Shown: positions 49,126-61,316 of the stretch, piece by piece
Numbering within the stretch: the first letter of the stretch is position 1
How the letters are laid out: the number at the start of each line of letters is the position of its first letter
From: Phoronis australis
Taxonomy: Eukaryota > Animalia > Phoronida
Assembly (NCBI GenBank): GCA_002633005.1
Contig: NMRA01000204.1
Span: 447,892-511,891, forward strand
Direction of reading: 5' to 3'
Length of the DNA: 64,000 nucleotides
The notes under the pieces: model-generated
What the model saw: the letters and a program-made list of their open reading frames with translations, nothing else
What the model was told of the DNA's origin: nothing
The model's database searches: none
Program-made: the position numbers and the translations under genes

Positions 49126-50935
49126 TTTAAATGGTTGATGTAAGCTTCAAAACTTCTTGTTAGTTAAAAAGGTGAAACATAATCATTTATTTCAAAAGGT
49201 GGAGTTTTCCTTCATATCAACAAAGAATTCGGAACTTTCATAGACAAATTTAATAATTAGTTGACCTGCATGTAATACATTTAATTACTCATTAATATAT
49301 ATATATATATATATATATATGCGTGCGTGTGTGCGTGTCAGCGTGAATGTTATTAATGAGTTACATCACTAAAACCAAGTTGTCGTTTTAATAATACTAA
49401 TAATACTCAAGTACCACTATACTGAAATCTATAAAATCTACCTTTAATTGTAAATTGATCAGTTTGAAAGATTCAAATCTGCATTCAAGATCTCGTTGGT
49501 GTATGTAATGATGTTTTAAATTTATTACATGTAGAACCCAAGGACGTCAATGAATTCTGGCAACCAAACTTCTATCTGGCTATTATATTTTTTTGGTGTG
49601 TACCTAAATTCCTTACCGTTACATTTTCTAGGAAACCATAAAGACCGCTGAATTTTTCTTCGCTTTGTTGGTCATCACGTCTGTCATTAATACAACTTGA
49701 GTACTACTATAAATTAAATTATGTAATTTTTATTCATTAACGCATTAACTGCTAATTAAAACGACACCACCTTAATACTCATCATTTAAAATACCAATTG
49801 TAAACCAAAAGCCCGGATTATTAGATGTGGTAAGTTGTGTGTTAGCAAAGAAGTACGTATTTTCAGCTGGAACTCGCACACACTTCATGAAAGGAACATT
49901 AGCACTTCTTTGCGGACAAAACGCATTTTTTGGCGTTACTGTTGGTAGGGGTAGACTTTTTGAAGTTATTAGTATTGACCTCAGCCATTGAATTCAATGA
50001 GATATGTTGTATTCTCTGGTTCTATTACAAGTCGCCAATTCTTGCCGTTGTCTGCAAGACATTCGCTGAGTGACTCTATTTGTTAAATACACTAATATAC
50101 GTTGCAGTATAATGCGGAAGGCTTAGCTCAACCAGTGGAGAGTTTGGCTGTGATGTGAGAATTTGTACGATCTCAGAAAAAGACTTTTTTCGCTTTCATA
50201 GAGTTTAATTAAAAAAAGAATATTGTACATTTATTGACTTTCGCGAAGGCCTTATCACATTTTTGTGGTCTGGATACCAACATGTTGACTGAGTGTGTAA
50301 ATAAGTAATTGTTATTATAAGATTACACCCGTTAAAAAATTATGGATGGATGTTACGTTTGAGCTTTCAATCGTTTGTTGATCATTCGTTCGGTCAGTCA
50401 TCAACCAAGTTTATACTCAAAAGGTTGTAGAGAGATTAAAAAAAAACTTACAGGAGATGCTCGAAATAAACAAAGGAACAATCTATTATGTTTTTGGAAA
50501 GATATCGGGCTTTGCGGTCATACAACGATGGTTTTGATTTGCAAAGTATTGACAAACGTGATTTGGTTATAAGCAATCGTAAGCTGCATGTTAAGACCTC
50601 GATCAGGGTGCACGCGCTAATGTCCGCGCAAATGACGCGTGTTGAAAGTCTGTATGAGTTTATAGCCTTTGAAAATTATCCTTTTGTACAATAGCGTGGT
50701 TGTGAAAACTGCGGTGCCTTGGTGCAGGTTTTCATTCAACTGGTAATTTATATATTTAAAGTATTCAAAATCACAAATTTTATATCAAAAAAGGACAAAC
50801 AGCGATAGAAAGGCTTTCGAATTCGGTGACGTCCAGGTGGCGCAGTGGTAAAGGAGTGGCTTCTGAACAAGATGATCTTAGCAACGCAACTATTACTGAT
50901 GCCGTCGGATTTGATAGGGGTGACCAACCCTTGAG
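49126..50935 (+). pseudogene. Pseudogenised duplicate of the promoter, signal-peptide exon and first coding intron of peptide gene B (source 23828-25400)
   Basis: tttctaggaaaccATAaagaccgctgaatttttcttcgctttgttggtcatcacgtctg at ~49625-49700: ATG became ATA, donor gtaagt became ttgagt, TATA became tacatgta, and the first donor region is deleted. Confidence 0.8.
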
Positions 50936-51271
50936 ACTGAAACAACTATGTTTCGAAATATCGTGTACCTTTTAATTATGTCGCTAGGTCAGTTACTTCA
51001 TCTATGTTCCGTTGAGAGTAGGGTTTTATTCCGAAGATATGAACGAAACGGAACTAAGACTGTCGTGTTTTCAATCAATACTGCTATAGTTGTATTACTT
51101 TAAGCTATTTTCCGAAAGTTTGGTGATCGGTCCGGCTAACGACGTCGAGTCGATATTGACCTACCTTTTGAACTTTCCATGTCAGAGGTCACTGTTAAAG
51201 TAGTGCAGGAGGTGCATACGGAAAACTACATGGCCGTATTTCCCTCCACAGATTCAACGCGTATGGGACAA

Positions 51272-52140
51272 ATTACAGTTTTCAGTTGGTATGCAGCACG
51301 ATGAGAAGAGTTCTAAAATTTAAGTGGGTGATAGACAAGTAACCAATGTTCTGTCGATAGGTTTTTAAGTGGTCCCACAGAGATAATTAGACTTTTTCGG
51401 GAATACTGTATTTTTTGAATATTAATTTTTGCTAGTTGTCTGACTCAGACGACAGAACTCCAGGACCGGGACACCAACTCCTCCGCCTGTCCCAAGCATT
51501 CTACTAATGTTAGAACTGCGGGTCCCGAGACTCCATAGGGTGTGCCACGAGAGTTTGCACCATGAATTTCGTTGTCGGCTCGACTGACTTTTGATCGAGA
51601 GATGTAGGTATCAAATCAAGAACAATTTCGTTACTTCATGCTCATTTTGTCATTTTGTTTTAGGTTTAACTGACTGCTTAAGAACACCAGTCAACATTTA
51701 GTGCACAAACGTTCTAATGCGCACAAATATACCCAAACACCATTCAAGAAAGAATGGACTCACCGGAGACAGCCCAAGAGTTATTATCTCTGCGGCGAAG
51801 GATGTTAAAGTTATTAGACACTTTTCCCAGGCAAATCAATAGGAACTCCCACTCCCATTACGTTGTGGACATTTGCCGATCCCAGTCTCCCAGTTTTCAC
51901 CTCAAACTCGAACGGCCTTGACTAACGTATTTTCAGTTACTTCCAATAAAGAAAATAAACTATGTCGACGCAAACGATTTTTAACATTATTTTTATTACA
52001 AATAATGGTTTTAGTTTACATTCAACATTACAAATGAAATAAAAACATTAATTTAAATTCATAGTTTATACAAAACGAGATCTACAGGTCAGTCAGCGTT
52101 TCTCATGAATCACGGTTGCCTTTCTCTCACTGATGGGAGG
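51272..52140 (+). repeat. Diverged duplicate of 37945-38680
   Basis: Shared colinear blocks: agttctaaaattta, gttagaact, ttttaggtttaactga, aaactatgtcgacgcaaacga, tttctcatgaatcac. Confidence 0.8.
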
Positions 52141-53518
52141 CTGGAGGGAGCACGTGATAGAGCACGTGATCAGTAAAATGTGTCAATAGCATCTGCTATC
52201 TAACACTGGCTACAACAGTGGTTTGTGAAAAAAGAACTAAATATCTAAGAAACAACGCAGTTCATGAGAAATGAAATACAGCTCATGAAAGATAATTGTT
52301 TTCCAGTAAAAAAGAACAGTCACTGCTCGTGAAAATACATTTGTAGTTCATGAGAGAGGAATATCACAAGCCTGTTCTACAGCTACTGTTATAGATGTAT
52401 TTATAAACATATCCCCTGGTAGGTAAAATGGCACCATCATCAGGTATATAAATGGGTGGCGTGGCATGTTACCAAGAACTAGATTACAAGAAAGTGACTT
52501 TAAAGAACTTAGATAAAAATGAATGGACAAACATTTGCATTAACAAGAATATAAGTAAAAATAGTCCCATGCCTCAAACAGTTTTTGTACACAGTTGAAA
52601 TATTTGTGACACAAGGCTAAATGATGCAATTGTACAAATTGATCACTTCAAAGTCCAGTCATTACCAGCTAAAAAATAAATGTGATCAAAAATCACTTTT
52701 AACAGGTTATTTTTGTGATAACCCATCAAAATTTGCACCAGTTGAATTGAAGAGTGTTAAGAATGATTCCATATAAAAACCATATGAAAATGAAAAATCA
52801 CTATATACACAAAAATTCATACAGAACTAATACTTTGTGCATGTGTTGGGTTGCTGGCCCAAAGTACACTGCTGCAAGATTTGCACTCAATGACCTTTGG
52901 TTACCGAGATATGACCTATTTGGCTATAAAGTCATATTTTGCATTTTTTCATGTCAGTAAAACTGCATTTTTTGAACGGCAAAAAATCGGACTTGGAAAA
53001 CTGATGACAAAGTTTGACATTGATGGTCATAAAGACTCATGTAAGGTTAGTAAGAAAATGAAATTTGCAACTCATAGGTACATTTAAGTTTCCAGCAGGG
53101 GAGAAAACTCCGAGACCACTTTTCAGGCCAGTCACAAGTGGCAAGATGTTGCTTAACCTGCCTGCTATATCGGAATATATTTGAAGTTGAAATTCTCTTT
53201 GTAGACACTTCTAAGATTGAACTTTGATAATTGCTTTTAAAAAAACTTGTCTCTTGCATATTTAGTTTTAAACGTGGCCCTCGAAATCGGGCATTTTTGT
53301 GATGTGGCCTTACTCTGACTGACAAGAGAGTTGAGGCTACTCTTTTAGTTTAGAGATATCACCTAAAATATATGATCTAATATCAACAATTCAATATCAC
53401 AAAAAAATAAATTTCACTTTTGAGACCCCAATTTTCTAAAACACTCCATTCTTTGTTTAACTTTACCAATAGCACTTTAGGGTTCGAGATTACATGCACT
53501 TCCTGTCACTGCAAAGAA

Positions 53519-56170
53519 TATGGAGGAGTTTCCTTCTTGTTCATTTGGTCAATTTTCGTTACATACGTGTGATCGCGGAGTAAATGTGGCCTTCTCTAGC
53601 TGTGTTAAAGACGTCGGAAGTCATCTGAGGTCGTGCAAAGTGCTACAGAAGTTTGAAAGTATATCGGAATTACAGCTGATTCTTGCCAGAGCTGGAGATC
53701 GGAGGTTGGACTGGCAAACCAATGGAAATGCGCCGTTATATATTTTACAAATCGACATGAGTTTGGACTTGGTTTTAGACAAAAAGTGATGTGCTGTTAT
53801 CACGAACACACAGAATATTGTCAGAGGGATAAACCAGGAACAAGCAAAACAGGATCTGATGTCATCTCTCACCCCACACCAAGTTTTGGTTGAATTGGAT
53901 TTTGCAATGAAGTTCATACCCATCAGTTTCCGTGAAGCACAGTCCGACTGGTTTGGTAAAAAGGATCTCACGGCACGTGGCGGCTTGTATCACAAAGAAA
54001 TGTGAAAGCCATCAGGTAAAAATAAATCCTCAATTAGTATTCAAGGTGTTACAAAGTGATTCTCAGATGTGCCCAATATTAAACAGAAAGCCAGTGATGA
54101 ACAATGTTGTTGCCATTACCCCTTTTTAGTATATTGATTTACTGTAACAGTACAAGATACAGGGAGTGTGCACTTAATATCTAGTCTTTTTTGTCATTTC
54201 CCAACAAAAGCTTGACAGTGATGCATTATTTTTCTCTTAGTAGATTTTGCACACAAGCCTTCATTTTAACTGAAGCCATTTTGCAATTATGAATGATTTT
54301 CATATCTCTGTGAAGGGGAAATTTCCCCCCTCCCTAGAAATGTTTTGAAGGAGCTACTGATATAATAACCGTGTTGAGACGAAACATGTTTGAAGTTGAG
54401 TGGTGTGATTGCGGTTTAGATTATCAACAAATCTTCCTCTGTCAACAGGGACATTATGCGTCTTGTCCGCCGTCTCATCGTCTCATGTCTTCGCCTCAAC
54501 ATCTTTGTTCGTGCAAAACATGTTCCCGGTTCCTCCAACTTTGTCGCTGATAGGCTCTCTCGTTTTCAATTTCAGGACGCCTTCTCCTTGGCTCCGTGGC
54601 TCGACCGGACCCCTACTCCCATTCCTCCGGCCCTCCTCACATTCTAGACCACCTCCTCTCCTCCTCCCTCGCACCCGCTACCCTTCGCGCTTACTCCCGC
54701 ATTGTCCACCATTTCANTTTTAGTATATTGATTTACTGTAACAGTACAAGATACAGGGAGTGTGCACTTAATATCTAGTCTTTTTTGTCATTTTCCAACA
54801 AAAGCTTGACAGTGATGCATTATTTTTCTCTTAGTAGATTTTGCACACAAGCCTTCATTTTAACTGAAGCCATTTTGTAATTATGAATGATTTTCATATC
54901 TCTGTGAAGGGGAAATTTTCCCCCTCCCTAGAAATGTTTTGAAGGAGCTACTGATATAATAACCGTGTTGAGACGAAACATGTTTGAAGTTGAGTGGTGT
55001 GATTGCGGTTTAGGTGGTAATAAGATATAATAAGGTAGTTCTTTAAACTAGCTGACCTATTTGAGTTACATAATTATTGTATTTCAGGTACATACGTACA
55101 TCCATACTCTATATGCCTGCAAGCAAGACTTCTTCACTGTTTGCTGTTTAACGCTAGATGTGCTAAGGCAGGCAATAACAATTGTTACCATTCAGCCGCC
55201 CTTCTGATTCATTTGCTCTACATATCTGGTAACACCGGCATCTCCATTCTGCGCTACGATTTCAGTGAAAGTCAGAAGGGAAAAGACATCTGTGACAGGA
55301 AAATCGCACCCTTGAAGTCCCATGCCAAGTACTTCGTCAATGAAGGCAACAACGTTCAAAAAGCAGTCGACCTGAAACATGCGCTAGAGTCTAGAGGAGG
55401 TGCCAAAGGCTGTTAGGTGTCGTCCTGTAGTGTGAATGCCCCAAAGGTCCTTCCCAAGCACAGTATCCCAGGGATAAGTTTGCTGACAAACTGAGTATTC
55501 CGCAGATGGCATTCGAGCATGGAAGGCCCATAGAGTAGGGGAGGGAAAACTTGTCATCAACAAGTCATTGCCAAACTATTGCCTCTGAAAAGTCTTGACC
55601 TTGCAACACTTGAGTGTTTTACAACTCCAAGGGTTGAGTCCGGGCTGTTATCCCGTGAACGTCATACGAAGTTCACATGCACACACTATGGGTGCTCGAA
55701 ATCTTTTCCTACAGATGCTGAGCTAAATGAGCCTTGGATGTAGGTGCTCATTCATCATCCCTCCAGAACGAGACTCAGTTCGACCACATTTCAAGACAAT
55801 CTGAGATTTTATCTACTACCACAGCTGTATCATCACCTGATTTGTCTGCCGTTTACGTTGTTGATCAAGTCGCGGCAGGATTGGGCCCTGAAAAGTACTA
55901 GAAAAGCGGTCCGCTTCTCTGAGAAGGTAAAGACTTAACCCAGCGATATATTTTCTGAAGTTGAACAGTCAGGCAGAAAACAACAGCCAGCTGAGGTTGT
56001 AAAGATGATGCGAGAAGCCAGGAATAAGCAAAGAAAAGTTTTCTCCTCTGAAGAGTGGCTGTAGGAGTAGCAGATTGCTGGAATTTTTCCCGCATGGTTG
56101 CCGCGTCTGGAATCGGAAATATTCAGAATAATGAAGATGCTGATGCTGCTGCTGCCCACGAGTTTCCCTC
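53519..56170 (+). pseudogene. Degenerate DDE DNA-transposase gene, probably Sola3-like
   Basis: Motifs LDFAMKFIP..FRE.QSDWFGK, N.CYH, RYDFSE.Q.GKD.CDR, GN.V..A.DLK.AL, WALK..RK..RFS.K.K..L and QIAG.FSR; stops and frameshifts. Family assignment is from recalled motifs and is unverified. Confidence 0.6.
54418..54716 (+). mobile_element. Near-identical 300-bp copy of Ngaro/DIRS segment 35255-35551
   Basis: Direct sequence match. It ends at an N and sits between duplicated host blocks 54128-54417 and ~54720-55011. Confidence 0.85.
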
Positions 56171-57564
56171 AATGAATGAGTTGGAGCTTGAAGTCATGAA
56201 TGAGTTATCATCATTAACTGTAGGAAATTATGAACATGTTTTAGTTGTTGTCTATTCTTACGATATTGTTGTGGTCATCATTATCGTAGCTAGGGGACTG
56301 GGGTCCACCCTGGGCGAAATTGGAAAAAAAATGGAAGATGACGCAAATTAGGGGCTTCCATGGGGGAGAGATTTGAGTGNAACTGTAGGAAATTATGAAC
56401 ATGTTTTAGTTGTTGTCTATTCTTACGATATTGTTGTGGTCATCATTATCGTAGCTCGGGGACTGGGGTCCACCCTGGGCGAAATTGGAAAAAATGGAAG
56501 ATGACGCAAATTAGGGGCTTCAATGGGAGAGAAATTTGAGTGGTGGCTGTTTGGGGAAAATAATCCAAGCCACTGATGGTCAACATTGAAATCTTCTGTC
56601 ACTTTTTACTAGCGTTTTTTGTTTTATGTTCAGTTTGAAACTCGTAAAGCATACTTTTTACATGGTTGATTCTCTTGAAACTACTGAGATTTTTATAGGA
56701 GTGATTATCTAGTTTTGAGAAACGTCTATCTTAGACATGTGTACTGAGCAAAATAAAAAGACTTTGTGTTTCAGTAGCTCTTGCTTTCTTCAAACAGAAT
56801 GCAGTTTTTTGAAGTGTTGTGTAGAAATGCATCATACACTAAACCTAGCATACCTTCAAGACTGAAACTGTGGTTTTGAGTCCGCCACATGAACGGAATT
56901 TACATATTGTGAAACTTTTAGCTGGTAAGTTGCAACAACACCCAATTGCTTAAATACTGGTTTGGAAAGCCGGTATCTTGGATCTCACTGAAAGTATTAT
57001 GTTTTCAATCGTAAATATCCGTACCTGTTATTTTTCTGAAATTGCAAATTCCACTGGCGCACTGCCACCATGCTCGGCCGCTTTTGTGTAGTACAAGAAG
57101 CATTGCGTGACACTTTGTATGTCCCATAACACGACACTTCTCCTCGTATCCACCGTCCTCTTTTCACTTGTGATCTCAAAGATCTTGATTAGTTTTAGTA
57201 TGAACTTTGCTATTAGTTTTAGAGGACTTTTTCATGCGCATATACAGGGATTTGTCCAGGAGGTCTGAAAATGGACCAGCATGCACTGCAGGCAGTGCGT
57301 GGGATTCTTAGTCAGTTACGGTGTTTGAAAACTGGCCAAGCAATGGGTAATGGGCACCCTTAATAAGAATAAAAAGTGCTTCTCTGGAGTATGAGATGGT
57401 GATGGGGTTGTATTATTAACTCATAAGTACATTAAAATTGACTTTTTTGATTTCTGTAATCCTATAACAAATTTTTATTTTTGCACCAGCAAAACTGAAA
57501 ATCCGCGAAGAAAAAGTCTCTCATACAGCTTCCCATGATCTCCTTTGTCACTAATGTAGCAAAN

Positions 57565-60500
57565 CTGCCGCTCTGCCGCTCTGCCGCTCTGCCGCTCTGC
57601 CGCTCTGCCGCTCTGCCGCTCTGCCGCTCTGCCGCTCTGCCGCTCTGCCGCTCTGCCGCTCTGCCGCTCTGCCGCTCTGCCGCTCTGCCGCTCTGCCGCT
57701 CTGCCGCTCTGCCGCTCTGCCGCTCTGCCGCTCTGCCGCTCTGCCGCTCTGCCGCTCTGCCGCTCTGCCGCTCTGCCGCTCTGCCGCTCTGCCGCTCTGC
57801 CGCTCTGCCGCTCTGCCGCTCTGCCGCTCTGCCGCTCTGCCGCTCTGCCGCTCTGCCGCTCTGCCGCTCTGCCGCTCTGCCGCTCTGCCGCTCTGCCGCT
57901 CTGCCGCTCTGCCGCTCTGCCGCTCTGCCGCTCTGCCGCTCTGCCGCTCTGCCGCTCTGCCGCTCTGCCGCTCTGCCGCTCTGCCGCTCTGCCGCTCTGC
58001 CGCTCTGCCGCTCTGCCGCTCTGCCGCTCTGCCGCTCTGCCGCTCTGCCGCTCTGCCGCTCTGCCGCTCTGCCGCTCTGCCGCTCTGCCGCTCTGCCGCT
58101 CTGCCGCTCTGCCGCTCTGCCGCTCTGCCGCTCTGCCGCTCTGCCGCTCTGCCGCTCTGCCGCTCTGCCGCTCTGCCGCTCTGCCGCTCTGCCGCTCTGC
58201 CGCTCTGCCGCTCTGCCGCTCTGCCGCTCTGCCGCTCTGCCGCTCTGCCGCTCTGCCGCTCTGCCGCTCTGCCGCTCTGCCGCTCTGCCGCTCTGCCGCT
58301 CTGCCGCTCTGCCGCTCTGCCGCTCTGCCGCTCTGCCGCTCTGCCGCTCTGCCGCTCTGCCGCTCTGCCGCTCTGCCGCTCTGCCGCTCTGCCGCTCTGC
58401 CGCTCTGCCGCTCTGCCGCTCTGCCGCTCTGCCGCTCTGCCGCTCTGCCGCTCTGCCGCTCTGCCGCTCTGCCGCTCTGCCGCTCTGCCGCTCTGCCGCT
58501 CTGCCGCTCTGCCGCTCTGCCGCTCTGCCGCTCTGCCGCTCTGCCGCTCTGCCGCTCTGCCGCTCTGCCGCTCTGCCGCTCTGCCGCTCTGCCGCTCTGC
58601 CGCTCTGCCGCTCTGCCGCTCTGCCGCTCTGCCGCTCTGCCGCTCTGCCGCTCTGCCGCTCTGCCGCTCTGCCGCTCTGCCGCTCTGCCGCTCTGCCGCT
58701 CTGCCGCTCTGCCGCTCTGCCGCTCTGCCGCTCTGCCGCTCTGCCGCTCTGCCGCTCTGCCGCTCTGCCGCTCTGCCGCTCTGCCGCTCTGCCGCTCTGC
58801 CGCTCTGCCGCTCTGCCGCTCTGCCGCTCTGCCGCTCTGCCGCTCTGCCGCTCTGCCGCTCTGCCGCTCTGCCGCTCTGCCGCTCTGCCGCTCTGCCGCT
58901 CTGCCGCTCTGCCGCTCTGCCGCTCTGCCGCTCTGCCGCTCTGCCGCTCTGCCGCTCTGCCGCTCTGCCGCTCTGCCGCTCTGCCGCTCTGCCGCTCTGC
59001 CGCTCTGCCGCTCTGCCGCTCTGCCGCTCTGCCGCTCTGCCGCTCTGCCGCTCTGCCGCTCTGCCGCTCTGCCGCTCTGCCGCTCTGCCGCTCTGCCGCT
59101 CTGCCGCTCTGCCGCTCTGCCGCTCTGCCGCTCTGCCGCTCTGCCGCTCTGCCGCTCTGCCGCTCTGCCGCTCTGCCGCTCTGCCGCTCTGCCGCTCTGC
59201 CGCTCTGCCGCTCTGCCGCTCTGCCGCTCTGCCGCTCTGCCGCTCTGCCGCTCTGCCGCTCTGCCGCTCTGCCGCTCTGCCGCTCTGCCGCTCTGCCGCT
59301 CTGCCGCTCTGCCGCTCTGCCGCTCTGCCGCTCTGCCGCTCTGCCGCTCTGCCGCTCTGCCGCTCTGCCGCTCTGCCGCTCTGCCGCTCTGCCGCTCTGC
59401 CGCTCTGCCGCTCTGCCGCTCTGCCGCTCTGCCGCTCTGCCGCTCTGCCGCTCTGCCGCTCTGCCGCTCTGCCGCTCTGCCGCTCTGCCGCTCTGCCGCT
59501 CTGCCGCTCTGCCGCTCTGCCGCTCTGCCGCTCTGCCGCTCTGCCGCTCTGCCGCTCTGCCGCTCTGCCGCTCTGCCGCTCTGCCGCTCTGCCGCTCTGC
59601 CGCTCTGCCGCTCTGCCGCTCTGCCGCTCTGCCGCTCTGCCGCTCTGCCGCTCTGCCGCTCTGCCGCTCTGCCGCTCTGCCGCTCTGCCGCTCTGCCGCT
59701 CTGCCGCTCTGCCGCTCTGCCGCTCTGCCGCTCTGCCGCTCTGCCGCTCTGCCGCTCTGCCGCTCTGCCGCTCTGCCGCTCTGCCGCTCTGCCGCTCTGC
59801 CGCTCTGCCGCTCTGCCGCTCTGCCGCTCTGCCGCTCTGCCGCTCTGCCGCTCTGCCGCTCTGCCGCTCTGCCGCTCTGCCGCTCTGCCGCTCTGCCGCT
59901 CTGCCGCTCTGCCGCTCTGCCGCTCTGCCGCTCTGCCGCTCTGCCGCTCTGCCGCTCTGCCGCTCTGCCGCTCTGCCGCTCTGCCGCTCTGCCGCTCTGC
60001 CGCTCTGCCGCTCTGCCGCTCTGCCGCTCTGCCGCTCTGCCGCTCTGCCGCTCTGCCGCTCTGCCGCTCTGCCGCTCTGCCGCTCTGCCGCTCTGCCGCT
60101 CTGCCGCTCTGCCGCTCTGCCGCTCTGCCGCTCTGCCGCTCTGCCGCTCTGCCGCTCTGCCGCTCTGCCGCTCTGCCGCTCTGCCGCTCTGCCGCTCTGC
60201 CGCTCTGCCGCTCTGCCGCTCTGCCGCTCTGCCGCTCTGCCGCTCTGCCGCTCTGCCGCTCTGCCGCTCTGCCGCTCTGCCGCTCTGCCGCTCTGCCGCT
60301 CTGCCGCTCTGCCGCTCTGCCGCTCTGCCGCTCTGCCGCTCTGCCGCTCTGCCGCTCTGCCGCTCTGCCGCTCTGCCGCTCTGCCGCTCTGCCGCTCTGC
60401 CGCTCTGCCGCTCTGCCGCTCTGCCGCTCTGCCGCTCTGCCGCTCTGCCGCTCTGCCGCTCTGCCGCTCTGCCGCTCTGCCGCTCTGCCGCTCTGCCGCT

Positions 60501-61226
60501 CTGCCGCTCTGCCGCTCTGCCGCTCTGCCGCTCTGCCGCTCTGCCGCTCTGCCGCTCTGCCGCTCTGCCGCTCTGCCGCTCTGCCGCTCTGCCGCTCTGC
60601 CGCTCTGCCGCTCTGCCGCTCTGCCGCTCTGCCGCTCTGCCGCTCTGCCGCTCTGCCGCTCTGCCGCTCTGCCGCTCTGCCGCTCTGCCGCTCTGCCGCT
60701 CTGCCGCTCTGCCGCTCTGCCGCTCTGCCGCTCTGCCGCTCTGCCGCTCTGCCGCTCTGCCGCTCTGCCGCTCTGCCGCTCTGCCGCTCTGCCGCTCTGC
60801 CGCTCTGCCGCTCTGCCGCTCTGCCGCTCTGCCGCTCTGCCGCTCTGCCGCTCTGCCGCTCTGCCGCTCTGCCGCTCTGCCGCTCTGCCGCTCTGCCGCT
60901 CTGCCGCTCTGCCGCTCTGCCGCTCTGCCGCTCTGCCGCTCTGCCGCTCTGCCGCTCTGCCGCTCTGCCGCTCTGCCGCTCTGCCGCTCTGCCGCTCTGC
61001 CGCTCTGCCGCTCTGCCGCTCTGCCGCTCTGCCGCTCTGCCGCTCTGCCGCTCTGCCGCTCTGCCGCTCTGCCGCTCTGCCGCTCTGCCGCTCTGCCGCT
61101 CTGCCGCTCTGCCGCTCTGCCGCTCTGCCGCTCTGCCGCTCTGCCGCTCTGCCGCTCTGCCGCTCTGCCGCTCTGCCGCTCTGCCGCTCTGCCGCTCTGC
61201 CGCTCTGCCGCTCTGCCGCTCTGCCG
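57565..61226. repeat. Apparently perfect (CTGCCGCT)n octamer tandem array, ~457 units
   Basis: Seen directly; begins right after an N at 57564. Confidence 0.95.
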
Positions 61227-61244
61227 TCTCACCAGAAATTTACA

Positions 61245-61316
61245 GATGTCAGGAGTCGAACCACAGGTCTTTAGATTGCCGGTCTCGTGCTGTACCACTT
61301 GAGCTACCGAGGTCCC
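61245..61316 (-). mobile_element. tRNA-derived SINE head abutting the octamer array
   Basis: Minus strand: gggacctcggtagctcaagtggtacagcacgagaccggcaatctaaagacctgtggttcgactcc (A box and B box); no acceptor-stem closure. Confidence 0.7.
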
